From Polyangiaceae bacterium (GTDB lineage Bacteria > Myxococcota_A > Polyangia > Polyangiales > Polyangiaceae): 37,021 nucleotides of DNA. This document shows, piece by piece, positions 28,048 to 37,021 of this stretch. The stretch is from assembly GCA_965222375.1 (NCBI GenBank), contig CBDCTZ010000007.1, forward strand, positions 1 through 37,021. The letters run 5' to 3'. Numbering within the stretch: the stretch's first letter is position 1; each line of letters starts with the position of its first letter. The translations under genes were made by a program, and so were the position numbers. The notes under the pieces were generated by a model, which was not told where the DNA came from, searched no databases, and worked only from the letters and a program-made list of their open reading frames with translations.

Positions 28048-29439
28048 ATGTTCGTTTCAACCCGTTTCACTAATACGGTCACCGCCGCAACCCACTCCCG
28101 GCTCGAAAAAGTGCTTGACAACTCAAGGCCAATAACGCGACGCGAGCGGAGTCGGGGCGCGGTAGTTGCCATCCAGGCCGCTTTGTCCGACCTGAATCAG
28201 GGATATCTGGTGCCAGCCGAGGTCGATGGTAGGTTTGGGACCAACACGGCGCGGGCGGTGGAGGCGTTCCAGCGTGACTACGGCCTCGTCGCTGACGGCG
28301 TAGTCGGGCGCCAAACACTGACCGAACTCGACCACCTCTATTCCGGCGACCTCTTTCGAGAGCCGTTCGGGATGTCAGTACACGTTGGCGTCAACGTCGT
28401 CGACGCTGCCCATTACGGCAGCGACTACCCGCTTTCGGCCTGCGTGAATGATGCTAATGACTTTCGCGATCTCGCGAGCAACCTGGGCTATGAGACGGTC
28501 CTGCTGGCAGACCAGGAGGCGACTACCGCCAACTTCGTGGCCGCCCTACGCCAAGCTGCGACGAACCTGTTCTCGGGCGATTCCTTGTTCGTCACGTTCT
28601 CCGGCCACGGTTCGCAGCTCGTGAACACCTCACCGAACGACGAAGTCGACGATGGTATGGACGAGACGTTGTGCTTCTACGACCGCATGCTGGTAGACGA
28701 CGAGGTTTATGCATTGTTGGCCGACGTTCGGCCTGGAGTCAATGTCACCATGTTGTACGACAGCTGCCATAGTGCGACCGTCACTCGATTTCTGATCGTT
28801 GGCGGCCGCGACCCGATCGAGGCTGATCTTGACGCCACACGGGACCTCCTCGTCCGATCGATGACCCGACGAGTAACATCCTTCGATCCCGACGTAGATG
28901 ATGTCCGTCAGGACGACGCTGCAGCCGAGCATCGCTTCGTACCCTTCGCATCAGATGATCTTCTAAAGGCACTCGATGGGGATAGAGCGGAGCAGATTGC
29001 CCAGGAGCCTCTTTCCGAGGCCAGGTTGGTCGAGATCGCCGACGCCGTCGTCGGCACCATACGTGATCTCGAGACCTCAAGCACCCGATTCATCGCCCTA
29101 CGAGAGGTGAACGGGATCGGCGGCATCTACGAACGAAACCGTTCGCTGTACGATGCAGTCCGATCGGTGGTTGGTGTGAAAGCCCAGGACGACCTCGACT
29201 GCCATGTTGTTGCTCTGTCGGCCTGCCAAGACAACCAGACGACCCTAGACGGCACGGTCAATGGCTTCTACACCGGGAACGTGCTCGGTGTCTGGCACGA
29301 CGGGGACTTCGATGGTTCGGTTAGGCAACTGCACGAGCGTTTGAAAGCGGAGAGCTCCTCGAATATCACCCCTGCGCTCCACACATACGGAGGACCCCGA
29401 GCAGGAGCCCGCCTCGAACAGCGTCCCTTCACATTCTGA
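28048..29439 (+). CDS. Peptidoglycan-binding domain + caspase-family (C14, metacaspase-like) protease
   Basis: VVAIQAAL..DGRFGTNTARAVEAFQRDYGLVADGVVGRQTL; ACVNDA, FSGHGSQ (His), DETLC, DSCHSAT (Cys), SACQDNQ. Confidence 0.92.
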   Translation: MFVSTRFTNTVTAATHSRLEKVLDNSRPITRRERSRGAVVAIQAALSDLNQGYLVPAEVDGRFGTNTARAVEAFQRDYGLVADGVVGRQTLTELDHLYSGDLFREPFGMSVHVGVNVVDAAHYGSDYPLSACVNDANDFRDLASNLGYETVLLADQEATTANFVAALRQAATNLFSGDSLFVTFSGHGSQLVNTSPNDEVDDGMDETLCFYDRMLVDDEVYALLADVRPGVNVTMLYDSCHSATVTRFLIVGGRDPIEADLDATRDLLVRSMTRRVTSFDPDVDDVRQDDAAAEHRFVPFASDDLLKALDGDRAEQIAQEPLSEARLVEIADAVVGTIRDLETSSTRFIALREVNGIGGIYERNRSLYDAVRSVVGVKAQDDLDCHVVALSACQDNQTTLDGTVNGFYTGNVLGVWHDGDFDGSVRQLHERLKAESSSNITPALHTYGGPRAGARLEQRPFTF

Positions 29440-29735
29440 TGGTTCTACACGTAGGGCAGCCACAGCGCGGACGATCGCCGGGCGGCATCGGCCGCTCACT
29501 CCAGAAGCGACTCAGACGAAGGGGATCTCCTTGGTCGCGCAGCTAAGGGCTCGCCGCGGGTTTGATTGTGCGTTTCAGGCTGGGGTGAGGGTGTAGTTCC
29601 AGTCGCCGTGCCAGTCGTGATGCTGGAGGGGTAGGGCGTCCATTTGGGCGTTGGTGTGAGCGATCATCCGATTCCGACATCGGGGATCATCGAAAACCGA
29701 CATGGGGTCGGGTGCTTGACCGGCGGTGGTTGAGG

Positions 29736-30536
29736 TTAGCGGTCACCTCCTCGGTGGTCAGGGTTGGTGGTGGCGATCTGGAGGCTGTTGTGTTCTCGGA
29801 GTCGCCAGCTGGGGCCTTTGATGTTGAACACGACGGCGTTGTGCATGAGTCGGTCCAAGACGGCGGCTGCGACGACGGTGTCGCCGAAGATGGTGCCCCA
29901 GTCGGGCAGCCCGCGGTTGGTGGTGACGATGGTGGGGTGGCCCTTCTCGTAGCGGGTGTTCACGACTTGGAAGAACACCGCTGATGCTTCGGTGCCCCCG
30001 ATGGGGAGCAGTCCGACGTCGTCGATGACCAGCACGGTGGGTGCGGTGTAGGTCTTCAACTTCGAGGTCAGGGTGCCTTCGACCGATGCGCGCACGAGGG
30101 TGCGGCACATGGTGTCGGCTTGAGTGAAGTAGCCGCGGTAGCCGGCCTCGACGGCGAGTGTGGCGAGTGCGACAGCGAGGTGGGTCTTGCCGCAGCCGGG
30201 CTGGCCGAGGAACAGGATCGGGCGGTTCTCGTCGATGAACCGCAACGTGGCGAGGTCCTCGACGAGTTTGCGGTCGACGGAAGGTTGGAAGTCGTAGTCG
30301 AAGTCGTCGATCGTTCGCTGGTAGGGGAATCGGGCGTAACGGAGCCGGGCCGCCAATCGGCGATCCCGGTCGGCGGTGGCCTGTTCCGCGACGAGACGGG
30401 CGAGGAACTCGATGTGGGTCCAGTCCTCGGTGCGTGCCTGGTCGGCGAGGGTGGCGAACACGCCGGCGGCGGCGTCGAGTTTGAGGTAGCCGAGGTCGGC
30501 CTTGATCTGCTCGTAGAGCCCGGTCGTAGCGGTCAT
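29736..30536 (-). CDS. istB: IS21 helper ATPase
   Basis: GQPGCGKTHLA, LVIDDVG, TTNR, AVLDRLMH. Confidence 0.95.
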   Translation of the reverse strand: MTATTGLYEQIKADLGYLKLDAAAGVFATLADQARTEDWTHIEFLARLVAEQATADRDRRLAARLRYARFPYQRTIDDFDYDFQPSVDRKLVEDLATLRFIDENRPILFLGQPGCGKTHLAVALATLAVEAGYRGYFTQADTMCRTLVRASVEGTLTSKLKTYTAPTVLVIDDVGLLPIGGTEASAVFFQVVNTRYEKGHPTIVTTNRGLPDWGTIFGDTVVAAAVLDRLMHNAVVFNIKGPSWRLREHNSLQIATTNPDHRGGDR

Positions 30537-31840
30537 GCCGATGCCTCGCCGTTGTTGCCGTAGCGGTGGTCGAGGTCGGGCTCGTCGATGTCGTAGTCGC
30601 CTTCGAGATCGAGCCGCTCAACCGGCGATGCAACGTCGTCGTTGGCGATGACTCGCAGATCCGGACGGTGCCGCTCCCAGCCGAGCGCGAGCTCTTCGGC
30701 AGCGGCTCGGTGTTCGGGATCCCACACGTCGATCCGTCGCCCGCGGATGAGTCGGTGGGTGGCGATCAGGCGGCCGGCGAGGCGGATCTCGACGGTTGAG
30801 CCGTTCACCTTGCGTCGGATCTCGACCTTGTGCCCCAACGCCTGGGGCGGCACCGAGTAGCGGTTCGCGTCGATCGACACGAACGGCAAGATGTTGTGCA
30901 CCCGACGGGTCTCGACGTAGTCGGTGTCGAACCGCTGCCGCGGCAGCGCCCCGAGGAACCCTCGCTCGACAGCAACACGATCGAGGGGTGGTTCGCCGGT
31001 CGTGCGCGACTCGACAGCGTGCACCCGGTCGGCGAGCCAGACAACGGCTCGCCGGTTCAGCTCATCGAGACTGTCGGGGACGCCGTCGACCTCGACCTCG
31101 GGCAGGAACGTCTCCTGCAACGACCGGAACGGCCGCTCGACCTTGCCCTTGCGTTTGGCGTCACCGGCCTGGCACGACGCGATCTTCATGCCGTGATGCG
31201 CGGCGAAGCCGACCGTCGGTGGGTGCAGCTCGAAGCGGCGACCCTGGGAACGGCCGAGCGCTCCCATCCTGTCGGTGCGGCACACGTTCGGGACGCCGCC
31301 GATCTGGTCGAAGAAGCGGGCCATGCCCTCGAAGGTGTGATGGCGGTCCTCGCTGATGGTGAACCACCACATCCGCCACCGCGACCACGACAAGATCATC
31401 CCGAAGCAGACGAGGTTGATGTTCCAGCCCACCCGTCGCGCCCACGAACTGAGGTCGCAGAAGTCGAACTGGGCTTCCTCGCCCGGATCGGTGTGGATCG
31501 GCACCGACACCGCCTCCGCAGCCCGGAACCTCGGACCGCGAATGTCGCGGACGGCTCGCACGACCGTCGGGTAGCTCCCCTTGAAGCCGTCAGCGGCGAG
31601 ACGGTGATGGATGCTCACCGCCTGCAACCTCGGCCACTTGTCGAGCATCGCCTCGATGCGTTCGCGCCAGTCGTCGGTCATCACCGACGGTGCCGTCTCG
31701 CGTCGCTCAACCGGAGGGCCGTTCTTCAACCAGTCACTGACAGTCGTGCGGTGCCAGCCGGTCTCTTCGGCGATCTCAACGATCGTCCATCCCTGCGCGT
31801 GCAGGTCCTTGATCCTCACGTAGTTCTCCTGGGTCATCAT
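30533..31840 (-). CDS. istA: IS21 transposase
   Basis: N-terminal HTH, PGEEAQFDF, TDRM, KGKVER; ATG at 31840 with GGAGGA RBS. Confidence 0.93.
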   Translation of the reverse strand: MMTQENYVRIKDLHAQGWTIVEIAEETGWHRTTVSDWLKNGPPVERRETAPSVMTDDWRERIEAMLDKWPRLQAVSIHHRLAADGFKGSYPTVVRAVRDIRGPRFRAAEAVSVPIHTDPGEEAQFDFCDLSSWARRVGWNINLVCFGMILSWSRWRMWWFTISEDRHHTFEGMARFFDQIGGVPNVCRTDRMGALGRSQGRRFELHPPTVGFAAHHGMKIASCQAGDAKRKGKVERPFRSLQETFLPEVEVDGVPDSLDELNRRAVVWLADRVHAVESRTTGEPPLDRVAVERGFLGALPRQRFDTDYVETRRVHNILPFVSIDANRYSVPPQALGHKVEIRRKVNGSTVEIRLAGRLIATHRLIRGRRIDVWDPEHRAAAEELALGWERHRPDLRVIANDDVASPVERLDLEGDYDIDEPDLDHRYGNNGEASA

Positions 31841-33164
31841 GGAGAGCGGCTCCTCCAGTCGTGTCGTGCTTGGTCGCTTGACACGCTGGAGCAGCCACCC
31901 ATCTCGAGTGGTGGATGCCGGCCAGAAGACCCCGACACCCATGTCGGTTTTCAATGATCGCAAATGTCAGATCTCAGTGATCGCTCACAGTTGGTGATCT
32001 TGACACCTTTGGGGTACCAGTTCGGGTCGTAGCTGGCTTGGACGCTGAGGCCGGTCTGGGTGGTCGTGGCCGAGATCAGGTCGATGATGGTGCGGATGCT
32101 GGTGAGGGGGCGTCCTCGCCAGTTCATGGAGATGAACGAGAACAGGCGGTGCTCGATCTTGTTCCACTTCGAGGTGCCGGGCGGGTAGTGCAGCACGGTG
32201 ATCTCGAGGCTGGTCTCGGCGGCGAGGGTTGCGAGGTGGTACTTCCAGGCCCGGACCCGGTAGCCGTTGGACCCGCCGGCATCAGCGGTGATCGTGAGGG
32301 TCTTGGCGTCAGGGAATCGGGCCTTGCCGGTGGTGTTCCACCAGCGGCGGATCGCTTCGACGGCGAACTCGGCGGTGTCGGCAACATCACCCACGCTGAC
32401 CCAGCCTTCGTCGTTGCCGATGTCATAGATCCCATAGGGGATGGCCTTGGCGTACTCACCCAGAGCGGGGTCGGCGAAGTCGTGCACGTTGACCCGCTCA
32501 GGATCCCCGGCGGGTCGCCAGTCCCGCCCGCCGTTGGCGAAGTTGCCGATGAGCTCCTTCTTCTTGGTGTCCACGCTGATGACCGGCTCACCGGCAGCAA
32601 GCCGCTCGGCGATTGCTGCGTTGAGGTATTCGAACTGGGCGTTGCGATCTGGGTGCGACGCTCCCTCGACCTGCTTGGCCGGCGCTTGAAGCGAGTAGCC
32701 CATCTGGTGCAACAGGCGCCGCACCAGCTCGGCCGACACCTTGAACCCCTGCTCGGTGAGCTGACGGGCGAGCTCATAGGTCGAGGTCAACGTCCACCGC
32801 AACGGCGACACCGGATGCCCCCGGGTTTCGGGCCACACCAACTCGTCGAGAGCCTCCAACAGCCCGGGCTGTTTGTCGATCGCCGGCTTGTCCCCCGCCC
32901 CCGGCGCCCGAAGACGGGCCGATGGCTCGATCCCCTCGGCTACCTCACCCACACCCTTGGCCACCGTGTTACGGCTCAGCCCTGACGCCTCAGCCACCGC
33001 CGTCTTACCGCCATGACCCATCGCAGTGGCCACAGCACCAGCCAGCACCCGCCGCTGCACCTCATTCAGATGCGGCATCACCGCCTCAAACAGGCCCCGC
33101 AACTCCTCCCGAGATACTTCCACACCGACAGACTACACCGCGCACTCAATCCTGTGGCGGACCC

Positions 33165-33844
33165 TAACGTTCGATGAGTCCATCTGGGTCGCAATCATCA
33201 ACGCATTCAGTACTGCAATCTTTGTCGGGCTCGGCGCAGGATTGCTCGCGTTAAAGTACGAGAAGCGTCTCGACGAACGTCAAAGACAGCGAGATGCCGA
33301 GCGCCAAAAGGAGATGGAGAATCTCGCCGCCACGGAGCGAAAGGCACTTCAAAGTCGAGATCTCGAACACCGTCGCCATATGGAGGCTCTCGCCGCCACC
33401 GAGCGCGAGGCACTCCAAAACCGAGATCTCGAACACCAAACTCGCACTGTGCTTCGCGAATCGTACACTGACCTGCTGCGCGCACAGCGAGACCTACGTG
33501 AGAAGTGTCTGATGCTTGCGGCTCGACCAGACGATGACCTCGCTCGCAGTACGCACGATGCGATGGCCGAGTTCATCATCGCGTACCACAGAATCAACCT
33601 CGACGCGCCGGAGGAGCTCTGGAAGGACCTCAGAGTGCTGCGTGGCGTCCTCGAGGAAATGGAGAAGGCCGCGGCTGCGGGAGACGTGCGCCGATGCGAC
33701 AACCTTTCGGCCGACGCAAGGAGAGCCCGACAGAACGTCGAGCGCCAGTTTCGGCATCGTCTCGGCCACAGACCGTTCCGCGACTGGAAAACCCTTAAGT
33801 CCTACGAAAAGAGGCACAAGGTCACAAGGACCGAGCTCTCCTAG
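33165..33844 (+). pseudogene. TM + coiled-coil protein whose start (TTG 29531) was separated by the ISAzo13 insertion
   Basis: IS excision gives TTG GTC GCG CAG CTA ACG TTC GAT... (MVAQLTFDESIWVAII...) with upstream AAGGGG RBS; internal 66-bp duplication at 33314/33380. Confidence 0.7.
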
Positions 33845-34060
33845 GCGCGGACCCAGGGAACACCAGTCCCCTACGAGCCCTGACGGTAGTCCGCACTCTG
33901 ATCTAAATCATGCGTGGCCTACTTGAACGAGTTGACGAAGAGGTCGAGCAACCTGCCCAGTACCCTTCTTCGAACGCCTGTCGAGGTGCGCTCGACGAAA
34001 CGACGCAGGTCAGTAACGAGGCGGCGAACCGAAGACGATGGGTCTCACCGAGAGAGCTAA

Positions 34061-34216
34061 ACACGGGGAACGTCCCGGAAGCCGATCGGTGCCTCGCTGA
34101 AGCTGTCGCTGTGCTGCTGCCGCCGGTCTATTGGACGGAGAATCCGTACGAATGTTGGATCGATGTTGGATTCTGAGCCTCCACAGGCTCGAACCTTCGT
34201 TCGACCAACCACGTTT
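34061..34216 (+). pseudogene. Remnant 3' end of a paralogous integrase plus att arm
   Basis: TGNVPEADRCLAEAVAVLLPPVYWTEN vs TGNVAEADRRLADAVAELLPPVDWTGN; DNA colinear with 22777-22932. Confidence 0.85.
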
Positions 34217-34230
34217 GCCCTGGTCAGGCG

Positions 34231-34307
34231 TGGCGCCCCCGACAGGATTCGAACCTGCGGCCTCGTCATTAGAAGTGACTTGCTCTATCCAGCTGAGCTA
34301 CGGGGGC
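34231..34307 (-). tRNA. tRNA-Arg (anticodon TCT)
   Basis: GCCCCCG TA GCTC AGCTGGATA GAGC A AGTCA CTTCTAA TGACG AGGCC GCAGG TTCGAAT CCTGT CGGGGGC G CCA. Confidence 0.97.
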
Positions 34308-34316
34308 TCGACGATT

Positions 34317-35645
34317 CTAGCTGGGCGTCAGGTCTGGCTCAGACCGGTTCTCGGCGCGGGCCTCCTGCTTGCGTTCCTGTTTGGCTTCGAGCATGGCGAG
34401 GTCGGCCTCGGCCAGGAGGCTTCGGTAGAGGTCGGAGTTGGTCCCGGCGCGATCGGCGCTGCGCCGGGCCAACCCCACGCTGACACCAAGGTCGAGAGCG
34501 GTACCGGCCCACTCGTAGTCGGCCCGGTTGAGAACACGGTCGAGGCGATCGACGAAGGCCTCGACGTCGGTGTCGACGTCGGTGACGACCACCACGAATT
34601 CGTCTCCTCCCACCCGGGCCACCCGGTCGACTCCCCGCACGGCGTTTTGAACCCGGCCGGCCACCTCGACCAGCACGGCGTCGCCGGCGTCGTGACCGAA
34701 CGTGTCGTTCACCGCCTTGAACCCGTCGAGGTCGAGGTACAGGACGGCCCGGATGGCCGAGCCACCGTCGGCGGTTCCCTCGCCTGCCGTGAGGAAATCG
34801 GCCAGCGCCGACCGGTTCCACACCCCGGTGAGATGGTCATGGTTGGCGCGGTGGGCCAACTCGGCGGCCGAAGTCGCCAGGTCCGCCACGAGGCCCCGGA
34901 TTCGCATCGATACCAACACAGCCAACATCGTGACCGACCCGACGAAGAACGCGAGGTCGGCCCCGAAGCCATCGCCGAAGCGGACAGCGGCGACAAGACC
35001 TGGAGCCACGAGGGCTATGACCAGACCAGCACTCCGAGCCTTGGCCACCCGATGCGTGGCCCCCTCTGCCGGCGAGCCGCTCCGGCGAATCGCGAGCGCC
35101 CCGAGCCAGGTGATGAACGTGGCGACGAGGACGAGTTCACTCACCCGCATCCTCAGCTCGGTTGGCGGGCCCAGGGCGCTGGCGTGGAGCGTATCGACAA
35201 CGACGTGTAGCCCGATGCCGATCAGGACCACGAGGGCCCGGCGATCACCGGGACGAGTGACGAGCAAGGTGAACGCCAGCCACAAGAGCAGCGCGTCGGC
35301 AGCGAGGCAACCCAGGAACCAGACCTGGTCGATGTGCGGACCGGTCGACCGCAGCTGGGGCAGGACGACGGCGAGGGCGAAGACGCTGGCGGTGCTGGCG
35401 CCGATCAGGACCCCGTCTACCACCGAACCCCGCCCGACCTTTCCGGCCCGCGCCCGCAACACCACCCCGAGCCAGAGCAGCCATCCCGCGTAGCCAGCGA
35501 CGGCACCGACGACGCCCACCCAGAATGCCAGCAGCCGGAGCGTGCCATCGTCACCCATCGTCGCCATCCGGTAGTACATGGTCGCGTCGGACAACGCGAG
35601 ACCGACCACGCCGAGCCAGTACCCATGGGATCGCAACCGCTTCAC
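34317..35645 (-). CDS. Membrane-bound diguanylate cyclase (GGDEF)
   Basis: Multiple TM helices; HDHLTGVWNR, LDLDGFKAVNDTFGHDAGD, ARVGGDEF. Confidence 0.93.
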   Translation of the reverse strand: MKRLRSHGYWLGVVGLALSDATMYYRMATMGDDGTLRLLAFWVGVVGAVAGYAGWLLWLGVVLRARAGKVGRGSVVDGVLIGASTASVFALAVVLPQLRSTGPHIDQVWFLGCLAADALLLWLAFTLLVTRPGDRRALVVLIGIGLHVVVDTLHASALGPPTELRMRVSELVLVATFITWLGALAIRRSGSPAEGATHRVAKARSAGLVIALVAPGLVAAVRFGDGFGADLAFFVGSVTMLAVLVSMRIRGLVADLATSAAELAHRANHDHLTGVWNRSALADFLTAGEGTADGGSAIRAVLYLDLDGFKAVNDTFGHDAGDAVLVEVAGRVQNAVRGVDRVARVGGDEFVVVVTDVDTDVEAFVDRLDRVLNRADYEWAGTALDLGVSVGLARRSADRAGTNSDLYRSLLAEADLAMLEAKQERKQEARAENRSEPDLTPS

Positions 35646-35817
35646 ATCCAGAGGTATCGGTGCGAACAGGACCCGAACCTGAGCAGTAGATCATCAGTCG
35701 AGGCGCCCGAGGCTGTCTACGTGCCCCTCGACCCAATCCCGTCGACGATCGGCGACGAGCGCCGCTACGATTGCGGGGCCCACCGGGATCCGAGCGGGTC
35801 GACGGCGGGTGCAACAT

Positions 35818-35890
35818 GCGCCTCTAGCTCAATTGGCAGAGCATCGGACTCTTAATCCGCAGGTTCTGGGTTCAAGTCCCAGGGGGCGTA
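35818..35890 (+). tRNA. tRNA-Lys (anticodon CTT), CCA not encoded
   Basis: GCGCCTC TA GCTC AATTGGCA GAGC A TCGGA CTCTTAA TCCGC AGGTT CTGGG TTCAAGT CCCAG GGGGCGT A. Confidence 0.96.
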
Positions 35891-36207
35891 CAACAACATT
35901 GCCGCTGACCAGGTAAAACAACCCCGGAGCAACGCCTGTTCTCGTAGGGCCGGTACCAGCCCGGGCTGGCCCGCCCTCACCCGGCGTAGATGGCGGAGCC
36001 AGCAGAGCGGCTCTTCGATGAACTCGGCCGGCTTCGAGGTGAGTTCTCACTCCCGGATCCCGCAGGTGGCTCGGGTCCTGCGCTGTGCGTCGATACGTGC
36101 TGCTCTGAATGCAGTGGTCTGGGACGATGGTCAGACCTCACGCGAGCGCCGGGGTGCCTTCCCGCTCGTCGAACGGCCACACCGAGCCGTAGTCGGCCGC
36201 GGGACGG

Positions 36208-36684
36208 TCATCTGCTTCCGGTGGGGAGCGAGTCGACCCGTAGGTCCCACGCTGAGACTCGCTCGGTGTCTTCGTAGACCTCCCAACATAGGAGGCGTCC
36301 CCAGCGGATCTCCTGGAATCCGACGTAGCGGTTGTTGTACTCATCGCCATCGGGCCCGGCGATGTGGTCAGTTGCTCGGATAGCAACGCGCAGATTCCAG
36401 GGCATGCCATTGACGAGTATGTCCTCGATGTCGATGTGCAGTCCGGCTTCGATGAACCGGTCAGCGAACGCCGCGCACTCCTCGATGCCGCGATGGGTGA
36501 CGTGGCGAGCCCGACTTGCCTTGGTCGGGCGAAACATCGTTGACCACGAGTTGTCGCCAGGGAACGACAACTCGACATCGGGATGGGCCAGGCGCATGAG
36601 GAACGATGCATCACCATCGTTCAGTCGCTCGATCCCGTGGCGGATGAGTCTGCGGACGGTTGCCTTGATCACGGTTGGCTCCAA
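36208..36684 (-). CDS. SnoaL-like/NTF2 family protein
   Basis: IERLNDGDA...HPDVELSFPGDNSW...HRGIEE...YNNRYV...WEVYEDT. Confidence 0.85.
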   Translation of the reverse strand: MEPTVIKATVRRLIRHGIERLNDGDASFLMRLAHPDVELSFPGDNSWSTMFRPTKASRARHVTHRGIEECAAFADRFIEAGLHIDIEDILVNGMPWNLRVAIRATDHIAGPDGDEYNNRYVGFQEIRWGRLLCWEVYEDTERVSAWDLRVDSLPTGSR

Positions 36685-36693
36685 GTTCGCCGG

Positions 36694-36728
36694 CTAGAGC
36701 ATTTGTTCTAGTAGAGTGAGCGTTCTAG
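36694..36728. promoter_or_regulatory. Putative TetR operator pair
   Basis: Two imperfect palindromes CTAGAGCATTTGTTCTAG and TAGAGTGAGCGTTCTAG between divergent genes. Confidence 0.55.
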
Positions 36729-36738
36729 AGTCAAGCCC

Positions 36739-37021
36739 GTGACCGGGACACGAAGCCGCCTGATAGCTGCGACCAGCGAACTCTTCCGCCGCCGCGGCTA
36801 CCACGCCACCTCCGTGAAGGACGTGACGACGGCCGCCAAGGCGACGACGGGTTCGCTGTACCACTTCTTTCCCGGCGGCAAGTCGGAGCTCGCCCGGGCG
36901 GTCGTGTCCGAGACGGGATTGGTCTACCAGCAGCTGTTCGAAGCCATCGCTGATGCCGCTGATGGGCCGGCCGAGGGTGTCCGTGACTTCTTCGATGGTG
37001 CAGCGGTCATGCTGGCTGAAA
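36739..37021 (+). CDS. TetR/AcrR-family regulator (partial)
   Basis: Own translation: MTGTRSRLIAATSELFRRRGYHATSVKDVTTAAKATTGSLYHFFPGGKSEL. Confidence 0.92.
   Translation, partial: MTGTRSRLIAATSELFRRRGYHATSVKDVTTAAKATTGSLYHFFPGGKSELARAVVSETGLVYQQLFEAIADAADGPAEGVRDFFDGAAVMLAE

Larger units (their letters stand above)
29655..31989 (-). mobile_element. IS21-family insertion sequence
   Basis: Terminal IR TGTGAGCGATCA with internal repeats, 5-bp DR gttgg (29650-29654 / 31990-31994), istA-istB. Confidence 0.95.
29575..33123 (-). pseudogene. ISAzo13 transposase, C-terminus split off by IS21
   Basis: VISVDTKKKELIG, ADAGGSNG, PPGTSKWNKIEHRLFS; true C-terminus (NAQMDALPLQHHDWHGDWNYTLTPA*) lies at 29654-29575. 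Confidence 0.9.
29547..33164 (-). mobile_element. ISAzo13-family IS carrying a nested IS21
   Basis: IRs gggctcgccgcgggtttgattgtgcg / gggtccgccacaggattgagtgcgcg; 3-bp DR taa (29544-29546 / 33165-33167). Confidence 0.88.
7092..34276. mobile_element. tRNA-Arg-integrated composite island: AICE-like element plus decayed tandem element
   Basis: Flanking 44-bp direct repeat; contains int, xis, HUH rep, FtsK/TraB, GntR. Confidence 0.9.

Noticed and set aside
33910..34176. 88-aa ORF as a real gene
   Set aside because: Chimeric frame; only the distal part is an integrase remnant

Overview
High-GC actinobacterial chromosome segment. Host flanks: left (1-7.06 kb) has a partial secreted protein, NTF2-fold proteins, an LLM-class oxidoreductase and a xanthine dehydrogenase/CoxMSL-family molybdoenzyme operon; right (34.3-37 kb) has a GGDEF protein, tRNA-Lys(CTT) and a SnoaL/TetR pair. 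Between them a ~27 kb island sits in the 3' half of tRNA-Arg(TCT), bounded by a 44-bp att repeat (7092-7135 / 34233-34276). The island looks like two tandem elements. (1) An AICE-type element (~7.1-24.3 kb) with tyrosine integrase, Xis, HUH Rep, FtsK/TraB, GntR repressor and Pra-like gene, carrying a toxin/XRE-ImmA pair, a P-loop + 13x99-bp repeat NLR-like gene and an XRE regulator. (2) A decayed sister element (~24.3-34.2 kb) retaining only the 3' tip of a paralogous integrase. Four IS elements (IS3-like, ISL3, IS21 nested in ISAzo13) have resolvable ends and target duplications. Best candidates for new biology: a three/four-gene operon of two paralogous putative pore-forming proteins plus a peptidoglycan-binding metacaspase (24780-29439), and a tRNA-like RNA (14625-14711) whose unpaired regions are complementary to the promoter region of the element's own transfer operon. 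Family calls come from motif recognition only; no database search was run.
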